Shown one piece after another: positions 7,847-17,754 of a stretch of DNA of 41,128 bases. Origin of the DNA: Candidatus Elulimicrobium sp. (GTDB lineage: Bacteria; Patescibacteriota; Minisyncoccia; Moranbacterales; UBA9337); assembly GCA_020722485.1 (NCBI GenBank), contig DYKS01000002.1, forward strand, positions 1-41,128, in the 5' to 3' direction. Position numbers and translations under genes: made by a program. Below the pieces are notes generated by a model that was not told where the DNA came from, made no database searches, and was given only the letters and a program-made list of their open reading frames with translations. Each line of letters begins with the position of its first letter. Within the stretch, counting starts at the first letter, position 1.

Positions 7847-10612
7847 ATGAAAGAATTGCCTAAAATTTACGAGCCGCAAAAACACGAAGACGAAATTTAC
7901 CAAAATTGGGAAAAATCGGGCTTTTTTAATCCCGATAATTTAAAAGGGGAACCTTATTCCATTATGATGCCTCCACCCAATGTGACGGGAGTTTTACATT
8001 TGGGGCACGCGATGGAAAATTCTTTGATGGATATTATGGCGCGCTACCAACGAATGCAAGGCAGAAAAGTTTTACTTCTTCCCGGAACCGACCACGCGGC
8101 GGTAGCCACGCAAGCCAAAGTAGAAAAACTGCTAATGGAAAAAGAGGGCTATCGCAATCCACGTCAAGAATTAGGACGGGAAAAATTATTGGAAAAAATC
8201 AAAGACTTTGCCGAAAATTCCAAATCCACTATTTTGAATCAAATAAAAAAAATGGGAACTAGCTGTGATTGGTCGCGACTAGCTTACACTTTTGACGAAA
8301 CAAGAAGTAAAGCGGTAAATAAAGTTTTTGAAAAAATGTACACGGACGGTTTAATTTATCGCGGCTATCGCGTGGTTAACTGGTCAATTAAAGGACAATC
8401 TACCGTTTCCGACGATGAGTTGGTCTATATTGAAAGACCGGGAAAATTGTATACTTTTAAATATTCAAAAGATTTTCCCTTTGCCATTGCTACCACCCGC
8501 CCGGAAACAAAATTCGGAGACACTGCTGTTGCGGTTCATCCGCGAGATAAAAGATACCAAAAATACATCGGAAAAATTTTTGAGATTAAAAATTTTGGCG
8601 AAGAAAAAGGAACGGAACTTAAAATAAAAATCATCGCCGATGAAGCGGTTGATCCCCAATTTGGCACCGGCGCTGTTGGCGTAACTCCCGCTCATTCTTT
8701 CACCGATTTTGAAATGTATGAAAAACAAAAAGCCGCCAATAATCCTATTGAAATAATTCCGGTTATCGGTCCGGATGGAAAAATGAACGAAAAAGCGAAA
8801 TCGTTTCAGGGAATTTCCGTTCAAGAAGCGCGAGAAAAACTAATTCAATGGCTGAAAGAAAAAAAATTGCTAGAAAAAGAAGAGGACTTACTTCAGAATG
8901 TCGCCACTTCCGATCGCTTCGGCGACGTCGTAGAAATTTTGCCAATGACACAATGGTTTGTGGCGGTTAATAAGGAAATTCCCGGCCGGGGAAAAACTTT
9001 GAAACAATTAATGCGCGAAGCGATAGCCGGCGGATTAAATGGAAACCCGGCGCAAAAAATCACCGTCACTCCGGCGCGTTTTGAAAAAATATATTTTAAT
9101 TGGATTGATAATCTGCGCGACTGGTGTATCAGCCGACAAATTTGGTGGGGACATCGAATTCCTGTTTATTATTGCGAACGAGGAATTTCCAATATTCAAT
9201 CTTCCATTTCACCAAAAGAAGAAAAGTGTTCCAAACCGATAGTTTCTTCTAAAATTATCAATAAATGCCCGCATTGCGGAGGAAAAATAATTCAAGATCC
9301 CGATACTCTGGACACCTGGTTTTCGTCGGGATTGTGGACTTTTTCTACTTTAGCCAACACGCCAGAGCAAATTAAATTAGAAAATGGAAAATTTATAATT
9401 GACAATAAAGACTTTGCTAATTTTTATCCCACTGATTGGATGCAAATGGGATCGGAATTGCTTTTTTTCTGGATGGCGCGAATGATTCTGATGAGCGCTT
9501 ACGTTTTAGATGAAATTCCTTTTCGAGATGTATATATTCATGGCATTCTTCGCAATGAAAAAGGACAAAAATTTTCCAAATCTCTTGGCAATAACATAGA
9601 CCCGCTAGATATTTCTCATCAATATGGAACGGATGCCTTGCGTCTAAGTCTCGTTTCCGGCATCGCTCCGGGACAAGACAGCCACTTCTACGAAGATAAA
9701 GTCAAAAACGCCGGAAATTTCGTCAATAAACTTTGGAATATTAGTCGCTATATAATTCAAAAAACGAAAGAGCAAAAAGAAATAGAAAAAATAAAAAAAG
9801 AAAATCTAAATTCATCCGACCGCTGGATTGCCAAAAAAATGAACACACTAATTGGGGAAGTTTCTACCAATATCGAAAAATTCAACTTTTCTTTGGCAAG
9901 TGAAAAAATTCAAACTTTTATCCGAAATGATTTTGCCGATTGGTATTTAGAAGCCAGTAAATTTGAAGAAAATAAAAATGAAAAATCTTTCTTGCTAAAA
10001 ACAATTCTGGAAGACGGATTAAAACTTCTGCATCCTTTTATCCCCTTTGTCACTGAATATATTTGGAAATTATTGGGAAAAGAAAAACTTCTGCTGATAG
10101 AAAAATGGCCGGACAAATCAATTTATAAGTCGCTGTCAAAAATAAATGACGCCGATGATTTTGAGCTTATAAAAGAAATTATCATAGCCATCAGAAACAT
10201 CCGCCAAGAAAATAAGATAGAACCCGGAAAAAAAATTAACGCGATCATTTATGGAGGAAATTTTACGAAATTTATTCAAGAGAATGAAACCTTAATTAAA
10301 AAATTAAGAACAGGCGTTGAAAATCTAAAACTTTCGAAAGAAGGAAAAGAAATCAAAAAGGCCGCGAAAAAAATTATCGCGGGCAAAATTCAAATTTATG
10401 TTCCGCTGGAAGAAATTATTGATATTGAAAAACAAAAGAAAAATACCCGCGCGGAAATTGAAAATCTGCAAAAATATATATCCAATCTTAAAATAAGATT
10501 AAAAAACAAAGATTTTCTAAAAAAAGCACCAACGGAAATTGTCCAAAAAGAAAAAGAAAATTTAATTCGCGCCCAAGAAAAGTTAAAGAAACTGGAAAAA
10601 TATTCAGTATAA
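7847..10612 (+). CDS. valS: Valine--tRNA ligase
   Basis: Class I HIGH motif (PPPNVTGVLHLGHA), KMSKS variant (KFSKSLGN), editing domain TTRPET, and a C-terminal coiled coil. The ATG at 7847 is preferred over the TTG at 7826. Confidence 0.95.
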   Translation: MKELPKIYEPQKHEDEIYQNWEKSGFFNPDNLKGEPYSIMMPPPNVTGVLHLGHAMENSLMDIMARYQRMQGRKVLLLPGTDHAAVATQAKVEKLLMEKEGYRNPRQELGREKLLEKIKDFAENSKSTILNQIKKMGTSCDWSRLAYTFDETRSKAVNKVFEKMYTDGLIYRGYRVVNWSIKGQSTVSDDELVYIERPGKLYTFKYSKDFPFAIATTRPETKFGDTAVAVHPRDKRYQKYIGKIFEIKNFGEEKGTELKIKIIADEAVDPQFGTGAVGVTPAHSFTDFEMYEKQKAANNPIEIIPVIGPDGKMNEKAKSFQGISVQEAREKLIQWLKEKKLLEKEEDLLQNVATSDRFGDVVEILPMTQWFVAVNKEIPGRGKTLKQLMREAIAGGLNGNPAQKITVTPARFEKIYFNWIDNLRDWCISRQIWWGHRIPVYYCERGISNIQSSISPKEEKCSKPIVSSKIINKCPHCGGKIIQDPDTLDTWFSSGLWTFSTLANTPEQIKLENGKFIIDNKDFANFYPTDWMQMGSELLFFWMARMILMSAYVLDEIPFRDVYIHGILRNEKGQKFSKSLGNNIDPLDISHQYGTDALRLSLVSGIAPGQDSHFYEDKVKNAGNFVNKLWNISRYIIQKTKEQKEIEKIKKENLNSSDRWIAKKMNTLIGEVSTNIEKFNFSLASEKIQTFIRNDFADWYLEASKFEENKNEKSFLLKTILEDGLKLLHPFIPFVTEYIWKLLGKEKLLLIEKWPDKSIYKSLSKINDADDFELIKEIIIAIRNIRQENKIEPGKKINAIIYGGNFTKFIQENETLIKKLRTGVENLKLSKEGKEIKKAAKKIIAGKIQIYVPLEEIIDIEKQKKNTRAEIENLQKYISNLKIRLKNKDFLKKAPTEIVQKEKENLIRAQEKLKKLEKYSV

Positions 10613-10665
10613 TAATTATAATTATTTATACTTTTTCGTTATTATTTATTATTTTTAACATAATT

Positions 10666-10873
10666 TGTTGTAAGAATTGCTAGACTTTCTTCATCTGTTA
10701 TTCCAGAATTTTTGAAACGTTAGCGGAGAAAATTATTGTCATTTTAGAAAATTTCGAAACATTAACAGAACTGGATTCCCGCCCGCGCGGGAATGAGGAA
10801 TGATATGGAAAAAGCGGGAATGACAAATAGAAATAATTAGCCAAAAATATAAACAATGCGATAAAATCTAACA
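10666..10873 (+). mobile_element. MITE-like intergenic repeat, copy B (long form)
   Basis: attattgtcattttagaaaatttcgaaac..ctggattcccgcccgcgcgggaatgagg..gcgggaatgacaaatagaaataattagccaaaaatataaacaatgcgataaaatctaaca aligns block for block with the reverse complement of copy A. Ends are approximate. Confidence 0.6.
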
Positions 10874-10911
10874 TCGCTAATTAAGTTAAAAAACATTTAA
10901 TAATAAAAAAA

Positions 10912-11502
10912 ATGAAAAACAAATCAAAATCATTTTTCTGGGGATTGGTAGCCGGAAGCGGAGCGCTAGTAACAGAAGTTTTTTTGTTGGTTATTTTTTC
11001 AATTTTTAATTTTCCAGAAGAAAAAATTTCCTTCTCTGTTTCTCAACCAAAAATTAACTGGCTTATTATCAGCGCTCTAATAGAAGAATTTTTCAAGCTT
11101 ATTATTATCTTTAAAGCCGCGCGCCTATTTTCGCGCGGAAAAGAATTAATTGCCAATTCTTTTTTGGTAGGCGTTGGCTTTGCCACACTGGAAATTATTT
11201 CTGTCGCCAAAAATTATTTTTCAGAAATAGCGGTCGCTCCGGAAGAAGTGGCGGGATTGTTTATCATTCATGGAGCTACCGCCATTTTAATGGGATGTTT
11301 TTTCCTTTGGAGCAAAGAAAAAGTAAAAGTAAAATATATTTTTCTTTCTTTTTTAACAGCGACTTATTTTCATTTGATTTATAATCTAACTGTTTGGGCG
11401 AAAGGCGAAATATTGGGTAATTTTCTTTTCTTTTTGTTTTTAGTATTTTTAACAATTATAAGCGTTGGAAATTTTCTTTTTACTCAAAAACTTGCATCCT
11501 AA
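10912..11502 (+). CDS. PrsW-family intramembrane protease-like membrane protein
   Basis: 196 aa, about 6 TM. Motifs EEFFK (E-E-x-x-K), GFATLE, IHGATA and FHLIYN (H-x-x-x-N) fit the PrsW pattern. Confidence 0.5.
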   Translation: MKNKSKSFFWGLVAGSGALVTEVFLLVIFSIFNFPEEKISFSVSQPKINWLIISALIEEFFKLIIIFKAARLFSRGKELIANSFLVGVGFATLEIISVAKNYFSEIAVAPEEVAGLFIIHGATAILMGCFFLWSKEKVKVKYIFLSFLTATYFHLIYNLTVWAKGEILGNFLFFLFLVFLTIISVGNFLFTQKLAS

Positions 11503-11634
11503 AAAATTATACTTTATAATTAAACTTGTAAAACAATTAATTAAAAAATAATTCGTTTTATTATGTAATAAAAAATTTTTTCGTTCGTCTTTTGTTTTCA
11601 AAAAGCAAACGGAAAAATCCATAAAAACAAAAAT

Positions 11635-12159
11635 ATGACAAAACAAAAAAGATCATTTTTTGAACGTTTAACTGGATCACGTCAAATAGAAAATGATGAA
11701 GAAGATAAAGTTCTTAATGTTTCATCTGAAGATGATCAAGAAGAAACAATTATCAATGCTCCTTCCGATTTCACTATGCCGGAAGAAAGTAAAATAGACG
11801 AACACCCAATGAAACAAAACGATGACGATGACGGCCAACTCACTATTGATGTTTATCAAACTGAAAACGATATCATCATTAAATCCACCATTGCCGGGGT
11901 AAAGCCGGAAGACTTGGATGTTTCTATTAATAACGATATGATTACTATTCGCGGCGAAAGAAAAATGGATGAAGAAGTCTCACAAGAAAATTATTACTAT
12001 CAAGAATGTTACTGGGGTTCTTTCTCTCGCTCGGTTATTATTCCAGTAGATGTTTTAACGGATAAAGCGGAAGCTTCTTTAAAAAATGGAATTCTCACTA
12101 TCCGCCTTCCTAAGGCCGTCAAAGATAAAGTCAAAAAAATTCAAGTGCGCGGATTTTAG
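11635..12159 (+). CDS. Hsp20/alpha-crystallin family small heat-shock protein
   Basis: The alpha-crystallin domain runs from DVYQTENDIIIKSTIAGVKPEDLDVSI..DMITIRGERK to SFSRSV.IP..V..DKAEASLKNGILTIRLPK. The N-terminal arm is acidic. Confidence 0.85.
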   Translation: MTKQKRSFFERLTGSRQIENDEEDKVLNVSSEDDQEETIINAPSDFTMPEESKIDEHPMKQNDDDDGQLTIDVYQTENDIIIKSTIAGVKPEDLDVSINNDMITIRGERKMDEEVSQENYYYQECYWGSFSRSVIIPVDVLTDKAEASLKNGILTIRLPKAVKDKVKKIQVRGF

Positions 12160-12230
12160 TTTTGCTTGTTTATTATTTGTAAAAAACCGCTTTTTTCGTT
12201 ATCATCAAATTACCAAACTAGATAATAAAT

Positions 12231-13526
12231 ATGAAAAATAACGATAAAAAAAGCGGTTTTTTCTTCTGGTTTATTTTTATTCTATTTTTAACAGCAAGAG
12301 CTGATTTTGTTTTTGCGTCTGAAACAGAAACAAAAAATGAAAATACTTTAATTTTTAAAATCAATGAAACACGCCAAATTATTTCCCAAAAAGACTTTGC
12401 TTCTTTATTGGAAATAAATACTGAATTAAAATTTGAACAATCAGAATACGCGCGCGCGGAAAATATTTATTTTTGCCCAACCGATTATTTTACCTGCGCT
12501 CTTTATCTAACCGAAAGAAAAAAATACCATATCCGAAAAACATCTTCTTTAACCGTTAATGAAGAAAAAACGAAAAAATTTTTAGAAACAGTGGCTGCTC
12601 AAACTGATAAAGAACCGACGGACGCCAAATTCAAAATAGAAGAAGGAAAAATCATCAATTTTGCGATGGAACAAAACGGAATCAAATTAGATATCGCGGA
12701 AAGTTTAGAAAAAATTAAAAAAGCGATCGCTGATAATAATTTTTTTTCCAAAAAAGAAATTGAGTTAGTATGGAAGATCATCGAACCGAAAGTCAAGTCC
12801 GAAGACATTAACAAATTAGAAATCAATACTATTTTAGGAGAAGGAATATCCAATTTTCGCGGCTCGCCCCAAAACCGAATTCATAACATCAAAACCGCCA
12901 GCCAAGTTTTCAACGGAATTCTTATCAAACCAGAAGAAGAATTTTCTTTTATAAAAACACTGGGACCAGTAGATGAAGAACACGGCTACCTTCCGGAACT
13001 GGTGATTAAAAATAACGAAACCGTTCCGGAATTTGGCGGTGGCATTTGCCAAGTTTCCACTAGCGCCTTTCGCGCCGCTATTTACAGCGGCTTGAAAATA
13101 ACCGAACGACACAGTCACGCTTATCCGGTCCCATATTATAATCCTCAAGGAATAGACGCCACTGTCTATATCCCTCGCCCTGATTTGAAATTTATAAATA
13201 ACACACCGGGATATATTTTAATTCAAACAGAAATCAAAGGAACAAAGCTCATTTTTCGTTTTTATGGAACCAGTGATAACAGAAAAATTGAAGTGGATGG
13301 ACCTTTCGTCACTGAAAAAGGAACTGACGGATCAATGAAAACTTATTTCATTCAAAAAGTTTACGATTCAAATCAAAATCTAATTATCGAAGAAAATTTT
13401 AAAAGTTATTATGAATCTCCTAATAAATATCCTCACCCAGGACAAGAGCCGATTTTAACCAAAAAACCTAAAGATTGGTCTAAAAAACAATGGAAAGAAT
13501 ACCAGAAAACACATAATTTGAATTGA
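12231..13526 (+). CDS. VanW-domain protein with N-terminal membrane anchor/signal
   Basis: 431 aa with an N-terminal hydrophobic segment. VanW core: GGGICQVSTSAFRAAIYSGLKITERHSHAYPVPYY..GIDATV. Confidence 0.8.
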   Translation: MKNNDKKSGFFFWFIFILFLTARADFVFASETETKNENTLIFKINETRQIISQKDFASLLEINTELKFEQSEYARAENIYFCPTDYFTCALYLTERKKYHIRKTSSLTVNEEKTKKFLETVAAQTDKEPTDAKFKIEEGKIINFAMEQNGIKLDIAESLEKIKKAIADNNFFSKKEIELVWKIIEPKVKSEDINKLEINTILGEGISNFRGSPQNRIHNIKTASQVFNGILIKPEEEFSFIKTLGPVDEEHGYLPELVIKNNETVPEFGGGICQVSTSAFRAAIYSGLKITERHSHAYPVPYYNPQGIDATVYIPRPDLKFINNTPGYILIQTEIKGTKLIFRFYGTSDNRKIEVDGPFVTEKGTDGSMKTYFIQKVYDSNQNLIIEENFKSYYESPNKYPHPGQEPILTKKPKDWSKKQWKEYQKTHNLN

Positions 13527-13585
13527 CGATAACAATTTTTTTTGTTAACCTTTGACTTATGCTTTTGTTTTATTGACTTTTTTAC

Positions 13586-13661
13586 GCGCCCATAGCTCAG
13601 TTGGTAGAGCAGATCCCTCTTAAGGATATGGTCGGGGGTTCGAATCCCTCTGGGCGCACCA
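13586..13661 (+). tRNA. tRNA-Lys (anticodon CUU), CCA encoded
   Basis: Hand-folded: acceptor GCGCCCA/TGGGCGC, D arm GCTC-AGTTGGTA-GAGC, anticodon loop CTCTTAA, T arm GGGGG-TTCGAAT-CCCTC, 3' ACCA. 76 nt. Confidence 0.9.
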
Positions 13662-13664
13662 GTT

Positions 13665-13736
13665 GCCCCCGTAGTTCAATGGATAGAACACCAGCCTTCT
13701 AAGCTGGATATCTAGGTTCGATTCCTAGCGGGGGCA
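13665..13736 (+). tRNA. tRNA-Arg (anticodon UCU), CCA not encoded
   Basis: Hand-folded: acceptor GCCCCCG/CGGGGGC, anticodon stem CCAGC/GCTGG, loop CTTCTAA, T arm CTAGG-TTCGATT-CCTAG, discriminator A. It lies 3 nt after tRNA-Lys. Confidence 0.9.
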
Positions 13737-13939
13737 CTAAGAATTTTACTTTTTAATCTTTTTGAAATTATTTAGCAAACGCATCTATACGTCACCCATT
13801 AACAACTTTACAACTTGTCGCGTAAACGCAAATACTAAAAAAATCAAAATTCCTTAAAGTTTTTATACAATAAAAAATTATTTCGCTTTTTTGTTTTTGG
13901 CTTTCTTTTATCGTTAATTTAAAAAACCAAAAAATATTA

Positions 13940-14278
13940 TTATCTCCACGCTTTCTGAAGCGCAAAAACCAAAGCCGAAACCAAAAGACTAAACAACATC
14001 GCCCACCAAAAACCAGTTACTACAAAACCAATTACTAAATAATCTACCAACTTTACCAACAATGCGTTTAAAATCAAAGTAAAAAATCCCAATGTCATTA
14101 TATTGAGCGGCAAAGTAAGTATCAATAAAATCGGCTTTAAAAAAGTATTAACCACACCTAAAATCATTGCCACTATGAAAGCAATCCAAAAACTAGATAC
14201 ATATACTCCCGGCAAAATATACGCGCTCACAAAAACCGCCAAAGTTATAACTACCCAATTAAAAATATGTTTGCTCAT
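13940..14278 (-). CDS. Small 4-TM membrane protein, phage-holin-4-2 / DUF360-like
   Basis: 112 aa. The pattern YILPG..V..FW.A...A..LG.VN...KP.L..LTLP....TLG.F..ILNA..... is typical of that family. Confidence 0.6.
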   Translation of the reverse strand: MSKHIFNWVVITLAVFVSAYILPGVYVSSFWIAFIVAMILGVVNTFLKPILLILTLPLNIMTLGFFTLILNALLVKLVDYLVIGFVVTGFWWAMLFSLLVSALVFALQKAWR

Positions 14279-14370
14279 ATCTTTTGAAATTAAAAAAACA
14301 AATTAATTTAGTTTATTATAACATAAAAATAAAATTAATCATTTCAAAATCCAAATAAATAAAATTAATG

Positions 14371-14379
14371 TGATATAAT
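14371..14379 (+). promoter_or_regulatory. Extended -10 promoter candidate (TGaTATAAT) for the GH1 gene
   Basis: tgatataat lies 54 nt upstream of the ATG at 14433. There is no convincing -35. Confidence 0.3.
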
Positions 14380-14432
14380 TAAAAACAAAAAACAAATAAA
14401 AAAATTTAAAAATTTCAAAGTAGCTAAAAACT

Positions 14433-15695
14433 ATGTCACAAATAAAACTAAAATTTCCAGAAAATTTTCTTTGGGGTGCGGCCACCAGCGCTTATCAAGT
14501 GGAAGGCGGAAATAAAAATAATTGGAGCGAATGGGAAAAAGCCAACGCTAAACGGCTGACTAGCGAGACGAAAAAGAAATGGCAAAAATGGCAACAAGAA
14601 AAATTCCCGGAAATGTTTGAAGAAAAAAATTATATTTCCGGACGCGCTTGCGATCACTATAATCGCTATGAAGAAGATTTTGATATCGCGAAACAACTGG
14701 GACACAACGCTCACCGTTTTTCCATTGAATGGAGCAGAATTGAACCAGAAGAAGGAAAATTTGATGAAAAAGAAATTGAGCATTATCGGAAAGTTTTGAA
14801 AGCGCTTCGCGCGCGTAAAATAGAACCTTTCGTAACATTGTGGCATTGGACCAATCCCCTTTGGTTAAAAAACGGAGAATTGAACAAAAAATTTCCAAAA
14901 TATTTTTCTCGTTATGTAAAATTTGTGATAGAAAAATTAGGAGATTTGAATAATTTTTGGATAACTTTAAACGAACCCACTTCTGTAATTTTCTCTTCTT
15001 ACATACAAGGAGCTTGGCCACCACAAAAAAGAAATCCTTTTAAAGCGCTATGTGTTTATAAAAATTTAGCCGCGGCTCATAATCTAACTTACTCAGAAAT
15101 TCATAGAATTGCCCCCCAAGCGAAAGTGGGATTTTCCAATATTATGATTTATATTGAACCGACTCATAAATGGCACTTATTGGAAAAACTAATTGTCAAA
15201 ATCTCCGATTATTTCAGTAACAGAAAATTTTTAAAAATGACTAATGGCAATAATGATTTTTTAGCTATTCAATATTATTTTCACAAAAAAATTTCTTTTT
15301 TCGGAATGAACGCAGAAAAAAACAAAAATGTTTCCGATTTAGACTGGGATATTTCTCCGGAAGGAATTTATCCTCTTTTAAAAAGTTTAAAAAAATATAA
15401 TTTGCCAATTTACATTACAGAAAATGGCTTGGCAGATAAAGAGGATAAATTAAGAAGTGCTTTTATTAAAGAACATTTAAAATGGATTCACCGAGCTATT
15501 GCGGAAAAAGTGGATGTCCGCGGTTATTTTTACTGGTCGCTTTTAGATAATTTTGAATGGGATAAAGGTTTTTGGCCTAGATTCGGATTGGTAGAAATAA
15601 ATTACGAAACGCTGGAACGAAAAATTCGCCCGAGCGCGTGGGAATACAAGAAAATTATTGAAGCCAACGGAATTATTGATGAAAGCAAAAGTTAA
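14433..15695 (+). CDS. Glycoside hydrolase family 1 beta-glucosidase (cytoplasmic, no signal peptide)
   Basis: GH1 N-terminal signature FPENFLWGAATSAYQVEGG, acid/base TLNEP, nucleophile ITENG, and C-terminal YFYWSLLDNFEW. Confidence 0.9.
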   Translation: MSQIKLKFPENFLWGAATSAYQVEGGNKNNWSEWEKANAKRLTSETKKKWQKWQQEKFPEMFEEKNYISGRACDHYNRYEEDFDIAKQLGHNAHRFSIEWSRIEPEEGKFDEKEIEHYRKVLKALRARKIEPFVTLWHWTNPLWLKNGELNKKFPKYFSRYVKFVIEKLGDLNNFWITLNEPTSVIFSSYIQGAWPPQKRNPFKALCVYKNLAAAHNLTYSEIHRIAPQAKVGFSNIMIYIEPTHKWHLLEKLIVKISDYFSNRKFLKMTNGNNDFLAIQYYFHKKISFFGMNAEKNKNVSDLDWDISPEGIYPLLKSLKKYNLPIYITENGLADKEDKLRSAFIKEHLKWIHRAIAEKVDVRGYFYWSLLDNFEWDKGFWPRFGLVEINYETLERKIRPSAWEYKKIIEANGIIDESKS

Positions 15696-15719
15696 AATTT
15701 TAAAAAATTAAAAAGTAAA

Positions 15720-16640
15720 ATGTCAAATTGGATTTTAATCGCTATTGTTGGTTATTTTTTTCTCTCTCTGGAAGCTGTCTTAAGTAAATTTTTGATAACT
15801 GGCAAAATCAAAAGCTGGAAAACTTATTCTTTTTATGTAGGAATTTTTTCTTCCTTTGCCTTGGTTTTAATCCCTTGGCGCACTACTTGGACAAATTCTT
15901 CTTTTATGGGAATTTCTTTAATAGCGGGCGCGCTTCAATTCATCTCACTGGCTTTTCTTTTCAAAGCGCTGGAAACTTCAGCCGCTTCCCGTGTTTATCT
16001 TCTTTATGGCGCCGCCAGTACTATCACCACTTTCGTTTTAGCTAATTTTTTAGTAAAAGAAAATCTTACTTTTGCCGATCTTTTTGGAATTTCTTTGCTC
16101 ATAATCGGCGGATTTTTCATTTCCTTTAAGTTTTACAAAATGAAATTTTTTCACAATTACCGCGCCACCCTTTGGGCGGGATTTTTGGCAGGATTTTCCT
16201 TAGTTTTTCTTAAATACATTTATGAACACCACAATTTTATTAACGGCTATATCTGTAGTCGCATTGGCTTGGCTGGAATGGCGTTCAGCTTTCTGCTCCA
16301 TCCGAAATTTCGTCGCGCCGCTTTGGGAAAAATCATCATCGCAAAAAAATACCAAAAACAAAGAAAAGAAAAATTTTTTCACCTGTTATGGACTATTTTC
16401 GCCAAAAGCATAGCGGGAATCGGAACTATTCTTACCGGTTACGCGGTTTCCTTAGGTAGTGTCACTATAGTCAATGCTCTTTCTTCCGCTCAATATCTTT
16501 TCACTTTTATTCTGATCACTTTATTGGCGTTTCATTTTAAAAAATTCTTCCAAGAAGAAATCACCTTTTCTAATCTTCTGACTAAATCGATCGGTGCCTT
16601 ACTGATAATCGGCGGAATAATTTTCATCAGTTTCAGATAA
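15720..16640 (+). CDS. Polytopic membrane protein, DMT/EamA-like transporter
   Basis: 306 aa, about 10 TM segments arranged as two similar halves. No catalytic motifs were recognised. Confidence 0.45.
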   Translation: MSNWILIAIVGYFFLSLEAVLSKFLITGKIKSWKTYSFYVGIFSSFALVLIPWRTTWTNSSFMGISLIAGALQFISLAFLFKALETSAASRVYLLYGAASTITTFVLANFLVKENLTFADLFGISLLIIGGFFISFKFYKMKFFHNYRATLWAGFLAGFSLVFLKYIYEHHNFINGYICSRIGLAGMAFSFLLHPKFRRAALGKIIIAKKYQKQRKEKFFHLLWTIFAKSIAGIGTILTGYAVSLGSVTIVNALSSAQYLFTFILITLLAFHFKKFFQEEITFSNLLTKSIGALLIIGGIIFISFR

Positions 16641-16666
16641 TAATAAACGGTTAAAATAACAAAAAA

Positions 16667-17719
16667 ATGAATATACAAATCGCAAAAAAATTTTTAAAAA
16701 TTATCGGCCAAATTATTAGTAGCATTTTTATTTTTCTTTTATTTATTTTTTTAGTTTTTAATTGGCCAATTATAAACCGCAACGAACAAATGAAAATTGG
16801 AGTCGCTTTCTCTCCTGTCTTTTCCCGTAGTTTGGGTTTGAATTGGCGAGAAAATTATTTAGCAATTCTTGAAGATTTAAGAGTAAACAAAATTCGCTTA
16901 GTCGCTTATTGGACTGAAATTGAAAAAGAAAAAGGAGTTTACGATTTCTCTGACTTAGATTGGCAATTAAATGAAGCGCGAAAGCGCGGCGTAGAAGTAA
17001 TTCTCGCTTTTGGGATAAAAGTCCCCCGCTGGCCAGAATGTTTCATTCCGGAATTTTATAAGCAAAACAAACAAGAAAGAGAAATTGCTATTTTGAAAAT
17101 GGAAAAAGAACTTATTGCTAGATATCGCGACTACAAAAATATTAAAATTTGGCAAGTAGAAAATGAACCATTTCTTCCCTTTGGCGATTGCGTTGAAGGC
17201 GCTGTAGATGGAAAATTAGTAGATAAAGAAATAACGCAAACTAAATCATTAGATCCCACTCGTCCAATAATGGTTACTGATAGCGGAGAATTAAGTTTAT
17301 GGATTGCCGCCGCTAAAAGAAGTGATATCTTTGGCACTACTCTTTACCGCGTTATTCACAAAAAACCTTTGGGTTATTTCACTTATCCTTTAGGACCAGC
17401 TTTTTTCAAAATTAAAGCCTCATTGGTTCATTTATTAGCTGGAGAAAAAAAGATTATCATTTCTGAACTTCAAGCCGAACCTTGGGGACCGACTTGGATT
17501 ACAGAAATGCCAATTGAGGAACAATATAAATCAATGAATCCGCAAAAATTAGAAGACATCATTATTTATGCTCAAAAAACTGGATTCTCTGAAGCTTATC
17601 TCTGGGGCGCAGAATGGTGGTATTGGTTGAAAATTAAACAAAACCGCCCGGAAATGTGGGACACTGCCCAAAAAATATTTTCCCAAGATAAAATAGCTCC
17701 GATCACATCCAGTCCCTAA
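16667..17719 (+). CDS. Membrane-anchored clan GH-A (TIM-barrel, GH42/GH5-like) glycoside hydrolase
   Basis: 350 aa with an N-terminal TM. W.EIE.E.G.YDFS.LD resembles GH42/GH35 N-termini. WQVENEP is a candidate acid/base and ISELQAEPWG a candidate nucleophile strand. Confidence 0.5.
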   Translation: MNIQIAKKFLKIIGQIISSIFIFLLFIFLVFNWPIINRNEQMKIGVAFSPVFSRSLGLNWRENYLAILEDLRVNKIRLVAYWTEIEKEKGVYDFSDLDWQLNEARKRGVEVILAFGIKVPRWPECFIPEFYKQNKQEREIAILKMEKELIARYRDYKNIKIWQVENEPFLPFGDCVEGAVDGKLVDKEITQTKSLDPTRPIMVTDSGELSLWIAAAKRSDIFGTTLYRVIHKKPLGYFTYPLGPAFFKIKASLVHLLAGEKKIIISELQAEPWGPTWITEMPIEEQYKSMNPQKLEDIIIYAQKTGFSEAYLWGAEWWYWLKIKQNRPEMWDTAQKIFSQDKIAPITSSP

Positions 17720-17754
17720 CCGTAAAAAATTTCTCTGCCTCTTGCCTATGCCTA

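Noticed and set aside
8465-8824. A 119-aa antisense ORF inside valS, together with the other short ORFs at 8415-8627, 8763-8951, 9039-9242 and 9910-10116.
   Set aside because: They lie entirely within the strongly supported ValRS reading frame. Their composition is low-complexity Phe/Ile/Arg-rich, typical of shadow frames in AT-rich DNA, and no motifs are present.
11521-11634. A search for a CIRCE/HAIR-type heat-shock operator upstream of the Hsp20 gene.
   Set aside because: No TTAGCACTC-N9-GAGTGCTAA-like inverted repeat or other convincing palindrome is present. Only AT-rich sequence is seen.
13737-13939. The 200-nt gap after tRNA-Arg, considered as a possible ncRNA or gene remnant.
   Set aside because: It shows no stable stem-loops, no conserved-looking motifs, no ORF with sensible composition, and no similarity to the repeats found elsewhere in the window.
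14448-15024. Two overlapping antisense ORFs (132 and 154 aa) opposite the GH1 gene.
   Set aside because: They are shadow ORFs of a gene with unambiguous GH1 catalytic signatures. They have no start context or recognisable domains, and they overlap each other in different frames.
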